Part shown: positions 18,591 to 28,400 of the stretch, piece after piece
Position numbering within the stretch: position 1 is the first letter of the stretch
Layout: each line of letters opens with the position of its first letter
NCBI GenBank assembly: GCA_949289845.1
Contig: CASEPN010000001.1
Location: 118,887-182,886 of the forward strand
Source: an uncultured Bacillota bacterium
GTDB taxonomy: Bacteria > Bacillota_I > Bacilli_A > RFN20 > CAG-826
Direction: 5' to 3'
DNA length: 64,000 bases
Program-made: the position numbers and the translations under genes
The notes under the pieces: model-generated
Database searches by the model: none
Told to the model about the DNA's origin: nothing
Seen by the model: the letters and a program-made list of their open reading frames with translations, nothing else

Positions 18591-19693
18591 TGGAAGAGCT
18601 TGAGATCCATAGGAAGGAACGGGGCGAGATTGAGCGCCTCACGAACAGGACCTTTCAGTTCGACAAGCGCATCGGGGAAGGCTTCTATAGCGCCAATTAT
18701 TTCCTTAAAAGCCGCGCTATCGTTCGGAAAACGGCTCCCGGCCACATCGTCGAGGAGCAGTTCTTTCAGCGGCGCGAGGAAGCGATGGCGTGCGGGATCG
18801 ACGAGGCGATCGCCCTCCTCCAGGAGTTCGCGGACCATCCCGAGGAACTCAGGATCCTCGCCCTCGACGACGGGGACATCGTCGGCGCGGGGGAGCCGGT
18901 GCTCAAGATCGAGGGGCGCTACGAGGACTTTGGCTTCCTCGAGTCGATGATCGACGGGATTCTCGCCCGGCGCTCGAGCGTCGCGACGAACGTCCTCGAG
19001 GTCGTGAGGGCCCTCCGGGGCACCCCCTGCTTCTCGATGGCCGACCGCCAGGACGACTACCTCACCCAGGCGGGGGACGGCTACGCGACCTATGTCGCCG
19101 GGATCCGGAAGTTCTCCACCGACGCCCAGGGGTCCTGGGTAGGGGTCAAGGGGATGGGGACGATGCCGCACGCCCTCATCGAGATCGCCGGCGGGGACGT
19201 GGTCAAGGCCGCGAGGATGTACCACGAGTGCTTCCCCGAGGAGAAGGTAACCTGCCTCATCGATTACCACAACGACGTCGTCCGCGACTCCCTCAGGGCC
19301 GCGCGGGAGCTCGGGGACATCCTCGGGGGAGTGAGGGTCGACACCTCCAAGTCCCTCGTCGACCACTGGTTCGACGGCAAGGACACCTCCGGCTTCGACC
19401 CCCGTGGGGTGTGCAAGGAGCTCATATACGCCCTCCGGAAGGAGCTCGACAAGGCCGGCTTCCCGAACGTCCATATCACCGTCTCCAGCGGCTTCACCGC
19501 GGAGAAGATAGAGGAGTGGACGAGGATCGGGGTCCCCGTCGACATGTACGGGGTCGGCTCCTCGCTCATCCGCAACGACACGGTCGGCTTCACCGGGGAT
19601 CTCGTCAAGCTGGACGGCAGGCCCGAGGCCAAGGAAGGAAGGGCCGACGTCCCGAGCGACCGCCTCCGCCCGGTGCGGCTCCTCCCACGCTGA
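18590..19693 (+). CDS. nicotinate phosphoribosyltransferase family protein (short/archaeal-type NAPRTase)
   Basis: Family-level resemblance to NAPRTase/QPRTase (N-terminal 'Y..NYF' region and a C-terminal TIM-barrel-like segment 'GVGSSLIRN'). TGATG coupling with the ytpR-like gene. Confidence 0.55.
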   Translation: MEELEIHRKERGEIERLTNRTFQFDKRIGEGFYSANYFLKSRAIVRKTAPGHIVEEQFFQRREEAMACGIDEAIALLQEFADHPEELRILALDDGDIVGAGEPVLKIEGRYEDFGFLESMIDGILARRSSVATNVLEVVRALRGTPCFSMADRQDDYLTQAGDGYATYVAGIRKFSTDAQGSWVGVKGMGTMPHALIEIAGGDVVKAARMYHECFPEEKVTCLIDYHNDVVRDSLRAARELGDILGGVRVDTSKSLVDHWFDGKDTSGFDPRGVCKELIYALRKELDKAGFPNVHITVSSGFTAEKIEEWTRIGVPVDMYGVGSSLIRNDTVGFTGDLVKLDGRPEAKEGRADVPSDRLRPVRLLPR

Positions 19694-19711
19694 AAAGGTA
19701 AGGACACGAAC

Positions 19712-19742
19712 GAACGTCCTCTTCTGGGAAGGGGACGTTTTT
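19712..19742 (+). terminator. rho-independent terminator ending the coaX..pncB block
   Basis: Hairpin 'acgtcctcttc..gaaggggacgt' followed by TTTTT. An unusually AT-rich intergenic region follows. Confidence 0.6.
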
Positions 19743-19889
19743 CATCTTTAAGAAACCGCTTTCTTCCGTGGCATACAACAATTACCGATTTACCAGTAAA
19801 CACATTACATCCGATTTCATGAAAGTTTCCGTTTCCTAGGTGAAATTTTCATTAGATTTTGCTATTAAAAGCCCTTCCAGGTTGGGATA

Positions 19890-20921
19890 ATGACAACCAG
19901 AAAAAGGGGGTTCCAAAGGGCCATGAGGAATACGAAGGAAAGAGTGACGATCTACCAGGTCGCGAAGAAGGCGCAGGTTTCACTCGCGACGGTGAGCCGC
20001 GTCATCAACAAGAAGGGGAACGTGACGGAGGGAACCCGCCTCCGCGTGGAGGCGGCGATCAAGGAGCTGGGCTACAAGCCGAGCGGGCTCGCCCAGGCGC
20101 TTGCCACCAACAAGACCACTAACATCGCGCTCATCATCCCGAGCGCCAACTACGTCTACATCGCGAACCTCCTCAACGGCATCACCGAGGTGACGAAGGA
20201 GAAGGGCTTCACCCTCACCGTCTTCACCACCTCCCATAGCCGCGAGGAGGCGCTCCAGACGCTGGAGAAGGTCATCGTCACCCACGTGGACGGGGCGATC
20301 GTCTTCGACGACGAGCTTTCGGAAGAGGATGTCATGAACCTCAACTCCTATAGCGTCCCCACCATCGTCATCAACAAGAACATCCAGGGGGACAGGACGG
20401 GCTCCGTCCTCCTTTCCTACGGAAGCCTCCTCACTAAGATCATCGAGGAGCACTACCAGCGGAGCGACAGGAGGATGACCTTCCTCCACGTCCATGACGG
20501 CGGGCGCCTCCTCTCCCATTGCGAGAAGGTGTTCTGCGAGGCGCACCGGAACCTCGGCCGCCCCTACCAGATCGTGAATGTCGACGACAGCTACAAGCGG
20601 ACCTACTACGACTTCGCCCAGCGCTTCCGCGAGGAGAAGGAGGGCTACTACATCGCCTACCGCGACTCCATCGCCGCCGCTGTGGAGAACGCCGCCACCG
20701 ACCAGGGGCTTTCCGTCCCCGAGAACGTCGAGGTCCTCTCCCTCGTCGGCACCAAGTACGCGAACATCGTCCGCCCCACCCTCACGAGCCTCGAGATCGA
20801 CATGGCGGAGGTCGGACGGAGGGCGATGTACATGCTGATCGACCTCATCGACGGCTCGCTCTTCGAGAAGAGCTATCGCTTCGACGCGAGGCTCCAGCTC
20901 CGCGCCTCGACCAGGCGCTAG
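19890..20921 (+). CDS. LacI-family transcriptional regulator
   Basis: HTH 'VTIYQVAKKAQVSLATVSRVINKK' followed by a periplasmic-binding-fold domain. The true start may be the internal ATG at 19923 ('MRNTKERVTIYQV'). Confidence 0.8.
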   Translation: MTTRKRGFQRAMRNTKERVTIYQVAKKAQVSLATVSRVINKKGNVTEGTRLRVEAAIKELGYKPSGLAQALATNKTTNIALIIPSANYVYIANLLNGITEVTKEKGFTLTVFTTSHSREEALQTLEKVIVTHVDGAIVFDDELSEEDVMNLNSYSVPTIVINKNIQGDRTGSVLLSYGSLLTKIIEEHYQRSDRRMTFLHVHDGGRLLSHCEKVFCEAHRNLGRPYQIVNVDDSYKRTYYDFAQRFREEKEGYYIAYRDSIAAAVENAATDQGLSVPENVEVLSLVGTKYANIVRPTLTSLEIDMAEVGRRAMYMLIDLIDGSLFEKSYRFDARLQLRASTRR

Positions 20922-20976
20922 GGAAGGCCGTTGCCAGGGAGTCCCCGCCGGGGGCTCCCTTTTCCTGTCCCGGCTT

Positions 20977-22194
20977 TTGTGCAATAGTCCCTATATGGCG
21001 AAGAGAAGCTACCTTCTCGGGCTCTTCCATCTTTCCGTGGACTTCCTTTCGCTCGCGCCCTTGACCCTGCTCATCGTCGGGAGCGAGTACGGGATCGACA
21101 GCGTCGAGATCGCCATCATCTACTTTCTCTACCTCGCCTTCGCCTTCCTCTTCCAGGCGCCCCTGGGGGCCATCATGGACCGCCGGGGGAAGGGGGACGG
21201 GAGGAAGGCCGCCTGGCTCTCGGTTCCCCTCCTTCTCCTCGGAGGGCTCCTCGTCTCGCTTCCTTCCTTGTCCGTGCTTCTGCCTCCTTGGGGCGGGGAG
21301 GCTGGCCTGAAGCTCACCGTCCATCTCCTCGGGACGATGGTTTTAGGAGCGGGGAACGCCCTCTTCCACGTCGGGGCGGGACGCCACCTCCTCACCCTCG
21401 GGGCCGGGCCCTCCGAACTAGGCGCCTTCATTTCCTTCGGGACGATCGCCGTCTGCCTCACCTCCATCCCCTTCGTCCTTCTCACGAGGATCGTCGAATT
21501 TCTCCTGCCTATCCTTTATCTCCTATTCGGAATCGTCGCAATCTCGCTCTCAGTCTGGCTCTTCCTTGCGGACCCCAAGCCTTCCGAAAAACGAATATCC
21601 TCGTTGGAAACCCCTTCGTTTTCAGGAAATCTCGCTGAACTCGCCTATCTTGCCCTCTTCATCGGGCTTTCCGTCTTCCTCCGCGGGTTCCTTGGCGACT
21701 ACAAGGAATCCTCGGAAGGGATCGTCTATATTCTTGCCATGCTCGGGATGTTCCTCGGGAAGCTTCTCGGGGGATACATGGCGAAGTATCTCGGGAGCCT
21801 TTCCCTCGTCATCCTTTCGGGGGTGACATACGTCCTGGGCATCCTTTTCCCTTCCCATGGAGGGATGGTCCCGGCCTTTTTCCTCGCCTTCGGGACGAAC
21901 CTTCCGATGGGACTCACCCTTTCCCTTTCGGGACGGGCCTTCGGGAAAGGGAAGGAAGGCCTTGCCTTCGGCTTCCTTTCCACGCTCCTGGGCTTCGGGA
22001 CGGGGCTGGGCGCCTATCTCGCCCCGCTGGGGACGGATTCCCGCATCTCCCAAGGGCTCATGATGTTGAATCTCGTCTTCCTTCTCCTGTCCCTCCTCCT
22101 CATCGGGAAGGGGAACATGAGGCGGGAACTATTCCCATCGTTCCGAGGAAGAAATTCACCCAAGAGATACGATAGCAAGGAGGATCTCCTATGA
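20977..22194 (+). CDS. MFS-type transporter
   Basis: About 12 TM helices. MFS motif-A-like 'GAIMDRRGKGDGRK'. Confidence 0.55.
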   Translation: MCNSPYMAKRSYLLGLFHLSVDFLSLAPLTLLIVGSEYGIDSVEIAIIYFLYLAFAFLFQAPLGAIMDRRGKGDGRKAAWLSVPLLLLGGLLVSLPSLSVLLPPWGGEAGLKLTVHLLGTMVLGAGNALFHVGAGRHLLTLGAGPSELGAFISFGTIAVCLTSIPFVLLTRIVEFLLPILYLLFGIVAISLSVWLFLADPKPSEKRISSLETPSFSGNLAELAYLALFIGLSVFLRGFLGDYKESSEGIVYILAMLGMFLGKLLGGYMAKYLGSLSLVILSGVTYVLGILFPSHGGMVPAFFLAFGTNLPMGLTLSLSGRAFGKGKEGLAFGFLSTLLGFGTGLGAYLAPLGTDSRISQGLMMLNLVFLLLSLLLIGKGNMRRELFPSFRGRNSPKRYDSKEDLL

Positions 22195-22364
22195 ATTTGC
22201 TCGACGTGCCGTCCTGGCCGATGCTCCTTTTCCCGGGGCTCCTCTTCCTTCTTCTCTTCGTTGCCGTAGGCGCGATCATCGCGGCCATCATCATCGCCGT
22301 GAGGCGGAAGAAAAGGAAGGATGAGGTCGGGCCCTGGGACAAGGACGAGGGGAAGAAGGGATGA
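22191..22364 (+). CDS. small single-pass membrane protein (57 aa), paralog 1
   Basis: Translated by eye as 'MNLLDVPSWPMLLFPGLLFLLLFVAVGAIIAAIIIAVRRKKRKDEVGPWDKDEGKKG'. ATGA overlap with the MFS stop. Below the ORF-track length cutoff. Confidence 0.4.
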   Translation: MNLLDVPSWPMLLFPGLLFLLLFVAVGAIIAAIIIAVRRKKRKDEVGPWDKDEGKKG

Positions 22365-22552
22365 GTCCCGGGCTTCTCGACGTCGCGATCGTCGTCCCGC
22401 CGAACATGATGCTCCTCGCGGCGGTCCTGGTGCTCATCGTCCTCGCGCTCCTCGCCCTTCTTCTTGCCCTCGTCCTGGCCTTCCGGAAGAAAAGGAAGGG
22501 CAGGATTAGCCAGGCGGAACCCCTCGCGGAGGATGTCTCACGCAAGGAATGA
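22361..22552 (+). CDS. small single-pass membrane protein (63 aa), paralog 2
   Basis: 'MSPGLLDVAIVVPPNMMLLAAVLVLIVLALLALLLALVLAFRKKRKGR..' has the same architecture (LLDV..TM..RKKRK) as the preceding gene. ATGA overlap. Confidence 0.45.
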   Translation: MSPGLLDVAIVVPPNMMLLAAVLVLIVLALLALLLALVLAFRKKRKGRISQAEPLAEDVSRKE

Positions 22553-22908
22553 GCCCTTTTTCGAACCTCCTCCGCCTGATATCCGCGCTGATCCTTACCC
22601 TTTTGGTGGAAATTCCTTTCTATTCCCTCTTCCCTTCCCTTAGAAAAAGAAGCTTTCTCAGGTCCGCCTTGCTGGCGAACGTCCTCTCGAACCTGACCCT
22701 CAACCTCTTCCTCCTCCCGATGGAAGGGTCCCTCGGCGATCCTTGGATCTATTTGTTCCTCCTATTCGGCGAGATCCTCGTCTTCCTCTTCGAGTGGGCC
22801 TTCCTCTCTTATAAAAGGGGACTAGGGCCCTCCTTCCCCTTCCTCGTCCTTGCGGCGAACTCCCTTTCCCTCCTGGCGGGGCTCCTTCTTTCCCCTCTGG
22901 CTGGTTAA
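22549..22908 (+). CDS. hypothetical small membrane protein (3-4 TM)
   Basis: ATGA overlap with the previous gene. Hydrophobic segments throughout. Confidence 0.4.
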   Translation: MSPFSNLLRLISALILTLLVEIPFYSLFPSLRKRSFLRSALLANVLSNLTLNLFLLPMEGSLGDPWIYLFLLFGEILVFLFEWAFLSYKRGLGPSFPFLVLAANSLSLLAGLLLSPLAG

Positions 22909-23004
22909 GCGCTTTCATACCCGCCCCAATCGTTTCATTTTCCCTACTACAACAAGGGGCGGGGACGGACTAGAATTCCCCCAAAGGAAACGGGACAACA
23001 AAGA

Positions 23005-24309
23005 ATGATTGCGAAAGCGCGTCACATCGAGCTGCCCAACGTCCTCCTCGCCCATCAGGAACTGGAAGAGGCGCCTTTGCCAAAGTACTGCTACGTCGCA
23101 GGCACGAATGGCCGCTGCGCCTCCTATGAGCTCACGGTGAAGGAGGGGGACCATGTGAGGGTCGGGGAGCGCCTCGGCCTCCGGAAGGGACCCTTCTTCG
23201 AGCAGCCGATCGTATCCACCTGCTCCGGCACCTACCTCGGGATCGAGAAGCACCTCCACCACACGGGGAAGGAGTGCGAGTTCCTGAAGATCGAGAACGA
23301 CTTCAAGGACGAGCCGGATCCTTCCGCGAAGGAGAGGAGCGAGGAGGAGCTCAAGGCCCTGACGAAGGAGGATGTCCTCGCCATCATGCGGGACATGGCC
23401 CTCGTCGGCCTCGGCGGCTCTTCCTTCCCGAGCTACGTGAAGCTCCAGGGGGACCATCAGATCCACACCATCGTCATCAACGGGGTCGAGTGCGAGCCCT
23501 CGCTCGCGAGCGACCACCGCCTCATGCTCGAGCACCCCCACGAGATCATCGAGGGGCTCCGCCTCCTCATGAGGGCCACCGGCGCCAAGGAGGGGAAGAT
23601 CTGCGCGAAGTGGATCTACAAGGACCTCGCGGAATGCTGGTCGAGCGCCCTCGCCGGCGAGGAGGGCTCCGGCATCTCCTTCGCCCCGGTCTGGAACTTC
23701 TATCCCCAGGGATGGGAGGTCGCCTGCATCAAGACCGCGACCGGAATCGACATCCCGAGCGGCCATCTCCCTGCGGAGTTCGGGATCCTCGAGTACAACG
23801 TCGCCACCATCTACTCCCTCTACCTCGCCGCGAAGAAGAGGATGCCCCTCCTCACCCGCTACGTGCAGATCCACGGGGACGGGGTGAAGGAGCAGAAGTT
23901 CCTCAAGGCGAGGATCGGGACCCCTCTCAGGGACCTTCTCCCCCTCGCCGGAGGCTACACCGATTCCGGGAAGAAGAAGCGCATCATCATGGGCGGCCCC
24001 ATGATGGGGAACACCGTGGCAGATGACGACATCATCCTCACCCCCACCGTCACCTCCATCCTCGTGATGGACGAGGAGGTGTGGACCGCCGATAGCTGCG
24101 TCCGCTGCGGCTCCTGCGTCTACAGCTGCCCGACCCACCTCATGCCCGTCCTCATCGCCCAGGCGGTGAAGAGCGGGAACAAGGAGCGGGTCAAGGCGCT
24201 CCACCCCGAGCGCTGCGTCGAATGCGGGCTCTGCGCCTATAGCTGCACGAGCCGCATCAACGTCACCGAGTACGTAAGGAGGGCAAAGCGCATCGCGCGT
24301 CTTTCATGA
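23005..24309 (+). CDS. rnfC: Rnf electron transport complex subunit C
   Basis: 'VGLGGSSFPS' (NADH/FMN-binding region). Two 4Fe-4S motifs, 'CVRCGSCVYSCP' and 'CVECGLCAYSC'. Confidence 0.9.
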   Translation: MIAKARHIELPNVLLAHQELEEAPLPKYCYVAGTNGRCASYELTVKEGDHVRVGERLGLRKGPFFEQPIVSTCSGTYLGIEKHLHHTGKECEFLKIENDFKDEPDPSAKERSEEELKALTKEDVLAIMRDMALVGLGGSSFPSYVKLQGDHQIHTIVINGVECEPSLASDHRLMLEHPHEIIEGLRLLMRATGAKEGKICAKWIYKDLAECWSSALAGEEGSGISFAPVWNFYPQGWEVACIKTATGIDIPSGHLPAEFGILEYNVATIYSLYLAAKKRMPLLTRYVQIHGDGVKEQKFLKARIGTPLRDLLPLAGGYTDSGKKKRIIMGGPMMGNTVADDDIILTPTVTSILVMDEEVWTADSCVRCGSCVYSCPTHLMPVLIAQAVKSGNKERVKALHPERCVECGLCAYSCTSRINVTEYVRRAKRIARLS

Positions 24310-25448
24310 GCGAAGAGAACACCATGCGGCTCCTCCAGGAGCCAAGCCCGCACGTCCGGAGGAAGGACAGCGCCACGAGGATGATGCTTGACGTCCTCCT
24401 CGCCCTGCTCCCTCTCCTCATCTTCTCCTTCATCGTCTACCGCCTCGACGCCCTCAAGGTGTTCGGGATTGCGGTCCCGGCGATGATGATCGCCGAATGG
24501 GTTTTCGTCATGATCAAGGGACGGATGCCCTACGACGGGGAGAAGCATCCCTTCAAGGAGAAGTTCCTCCACGCCCTGAAGCTATACCGCCCGGTGAACG
24601 CCGTGGCCCCCGCCGTCTCTGCCCTCATCTTCGGGATGTGCCTCCCGCCCAGCACGAGCTGGTGGGGCGTCCTCGTCGGGGCGCTCGCCGGCATCATCTT
24701 CGGGAAGCTCCTCTTCGGGGGCCTCGGGCAGAACATCTTCAACCCCGCCGCCGTGGGCATGATCCTCACGCGTCTCAGCTTCTCCAACACGATGAGCTAC
24801 CCCGCCATCCCTTGGGGCGAGGGCACGATGGTCGACGTCGTCACCGGGGGCACCGTCCTTTCCGGCACAATCCAGGGCGGCTACTCCTCCCTCATGGACG
24901 TCTCCCTCCTCGACCTCTTCCTGGGCAGGACCCAGGGGGCGATGGGAGAAGTCTGCAAGGTCCTCATCCTCGTCGGGCTCCTCTATCTCCTGCTTCGCCA
25001 GGCGATCGACTGGCGGGTGACCTTCACCTATATCGGCGCCTTCACCGCCCTCATCGCCATCGCCGGCATCGCCATCGCCGGGGGCGGCATCGTCAAGGAC
25101 TTCGACATCTGGCACTTCATCGGGGTCGAGTTCCTCGCGGGAGGCATGCTCTTCGGGGCGACCTTCATGCTGACCGACCCGGTCACGATGCCGGCGACGA
25201 AGCCGGGGCGCTACATCTACGCCCTCTCCGCCGCCTCCCTCACCGTCCTCATCCGTCTCTTCGCCTCCGCTCCCGAGGGGGTCGGCTACTCGATCCTCCT
25301 CGCCAATCTCATCACGCCGGTCCTCGACCACCACAAGGTGGCCTCGTCCCGGTGGACGTGGAAGAAGTGGCTGACCATCGGCCTCATCCTCCTCGCCGAC
25401 ATCCTCTTCATCGTCATCGGAATCATCTTCGGAGGTAAAGTCAAATGA
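24306..25448 (+). CDS. rnfD: Rnf complex subunit D (NqrB/RnfD family)
   Basis: Polytopic. 'FMLTDPVTMPATKPG' carries the conserved Thr used for covalent FMN. ATGA coupling. Confidence 0.9.
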   Translation: MSEENTMRLLQEPSPHVRRKDSATRMMLDVLLALLPLLIFSFIVYRLDALKVFGIAVPAMMIAEWVFVMIKGRMPYDGEKHPFKEKFLHALKLYRPVNAVAPAVSALIFGMCLPPSTSWWGVLVGALAGIIFGKLLFGGLGQNIFNPAAVGMILTRLSFSNTMSYPAIPWGEGTMVDVVTGGTVLSGTIQGGYSSLMDVSLLDLFLGRTQGAMGEVCKVLILVGLLYLLLRQAIDWRVTFTYIGAFTALIAIAGIAIAGGGIVKDFDIWHFIGVEFLAGGMLFGATFMLTDPVTMPATKPGRYIYALSAASLTVLIRLFASAPEGVGYSILLANLITPVLDHHKVASSRWTWKKWLTIGLILLADILFIVIGIIFGGKVK

Positions 25449-28400
25449 AGATCAAGCTCGACGCAAAGCACGTTCTCTCGGTCGTCGCCGTCCTCGCCCT
25501 CATCGGCGGCGGGGCGGGCGCCCTCATCGGGACGGTGAACTACTTCACCAGCCCTGTCATCAGCGAGAATGACGACAAGAAGGAGAACGAGGCCTACTAC
25601 AAGTGCTTTCCGGACGCGGCCTCCTTCAGCGATGAGACCGAGGTCTCCAGCGGCACTTACATCGAGACGTACAAGAGCGCCCTCGACGCCTCCGGGAACG
25701 AGATCGGCAAGGTGTACCATGCGGTGGGCGCGACCGGCTTCGGCGCGAACGTCGACCTCCTGATTGGCGTCGACGCTGACGGGCTCGCCCACATCGAGAT
25801 CGTCGCCTACGGCCCGGATAACACCGGAGGCAACAACAAGACCGTAGAGGATTGGATCGACTCCATCAACGACGGGAGCGAGACGATCGACGGGGGCACC
25901 ACCACCGGGGCGACCAACACCGCCTCTGTCGTGAGGGCGATGGTCGCCGAGGCCCTCGATCTCTATGAGAACGGCGACGTGACGCCCCCGCCCGTTACCG
26001 GCGGCGAGAAGTACTACAACCTCTTCGAAGGCGGCGCCTCCGCAGGGGACAAGGTGAGCGTTGCCTCTGGAAGCCTCGACCACTACCGCGAGGTGAAGGA
26101 TGCCTCAGGGAACATCCTTGGACGCGCCTACTACGGCGGCGGGCTCAACGTCTTCGGCGTCAGCATCAACGTCATCGTCGGCGTCACCCCCGAGGGGGAG
26201 GTCACGAAGCTCTACCTCGACGCGTACTCGGGCGGCGAGCAGATGGGGACCGACACCACGATCAAGAACTGGATCGACGAGGTCAACAGCGGTGACAGGG
26301 AGTGGACCGCCGGTCCTAGCGCAGGCGCCTCCTATGAGGTTATCAAGGGCGTCATCGACGAGGCTATCGCGCACTATACCTCCGCTGCCCCTGCGCCGAC
26401 CTACGAGGAGTCCGTCTACCTCGGCCTCTTTGAGGGCGCGAGCTCTATCGGCGCCTTCCGCGAGCTGGGCGGGAACTACCTCACAGGGCGCGTGGATGTC
26501 CTGGACGCGGACGGGGAAGTCCTCGGCTACGCCTATGAGGGCGAGGGCAAGAACAGCTACAACGTCCACATTGCCCTCGTCGTCGGCGTGAAGACGGACG
26601 GGACTGTGACGAAGCTCTACCTCGGCGACTACTCTGGTGGGAACCCTGCGGGCACCGAGACGAGCGTCAATGAATGGATCGACAAGGTCAACGACGGCAC
26701 CGGCTCCATCGAGGCCGGCCCGAGCGCGACCTATTCCTACCAGGTCATCAAGGGCATCATCGACGAGGCCGTCGGCTACGCGACCGGCGCCATCGTCGAC
26801 CCGAGTGAGAACTACCTCGAGCTCTTCGAGGGGGCCTCTTCCCTTGGCGAGGAAGTCGAGCTGACCGGCGACTACGAGTACATCGCCTCCTATCGCGAGG
26901 TGAAGGGCAGCTCTGGCGCGGTGCTCGGAAGAGGCTACATCACGAACACCACGAACGTCGGGGATAGGTGGGGCAACCTCCAGCTTCTCATCGGCGTATA
27001 TCCCGACGGCACCATCTCCAAGGTCATCGCCCTTACCGACGAACAGAGCCGCCCGGACGGGACGAACGAGTACATCGAATCCGTGAATGGCGGCGGCGAC
27101 TACGAGGATATCTTCGGCTACGAGGCCTCGAGCGGAACCGTCGGAATTGAGATAACCCATGACGCGATTGCCGAGGCGATCGGGGACTACACCGGCGTGG
27201 CGAACCTCCCTGCCGAAATCACGAAGGCCATGGCGAGCATTCTTCCTGATGCCGCCGGCTGGGGCCAACCCACTGTCGTCAACGAGGGCTACATCATCGG
27301 AAGGATGCCCGTCCTTGACGAGGACGGCGTCGAGACGGGCGCTTCCTACTATCTCTCGGGCGCCGCGAGCGACGGGGAATATGATCTCGTAATCCTCGTC
27401 AAGGAGGATGGGTCCTTCACCCTTAGCCTAGTGAGCGGCGACTGGGACAGCGCCTACCTCGCCGGTGTCGAGGCGTGGATCGCCAAGATCAACGACGGGA
27501 GCGCCCACTACCGTGACGACATCAAGGACTCGGGCGTCAACCAGGCGGCTTATGCGATCGCCGCCAACATCGAGGCGGTCCTCGCCTACGAAACGGAAAC
27601 CACCGAGTCTCCCTACCTCGCCCTTTGGGACGGTTCCTATTCCGTGAGCTCCTCCCAGGCCGTCGAAGGCGGGACCTACCTCCACTCCTACCGCGAGGTG
27701 CGGGACGGCGCCGGGAAGGTCCTCGGAAGGGGCTACCTCACCAAGGTGACCTCCGTCCCGAGCAGTCGCGGGAGCTATGGGGATATCCAGGCCCTCATCG
27801 CGGTCAACAAAGACGGCACCATCAAGGAGGTGACGCTTCTTCAGAACACCCAGTCCATCCCCGGTTCCACCGACGAGTACGCCGGGTTCGTCAATGGCGG
27901 CGGGAACTACGAGGAGGTGCCTGAATATAGCGGCGGCACCATCGGCGTCGACATCCTCAAGGACATGATCGGGGAGGCGCTTACCCACTACGAGCAGAAC
28001 CCCGATCAGGTCGTCGATCCTGCCGAGCCCGTCGTTCCGACCAACATCCCCGAGGCCGTGAAGGCGCTCATCCCGGAGGCCCACTCCTGGAACGCCTTCG
28101 TTGAGCTTTCCGCCGTCTGGCAGGCGACCGGCTACTGGAGCGCCCTTGATGAAAGCGAGGCCGAGATCGGCCGCGTCTACGAGTTCAAGGCCGGGAGCAC
28201 GGGCGATGACAACCTCTACTACGTCGCTCTCGACGAAGACGCCGAGATCATCCAGCTCGAGGTCGTGAATACGACGCTCGAGGGCGAGAACCTGACCGCC
28301 CTCACCACATGGGTCGAGCAGCTGAACACGGGCAAGGCCATCCCGGAGATTCCTTCGGATAGCCCCATCGCCTCCGAGCTCGGATGGGTCGAGTCCGGGA

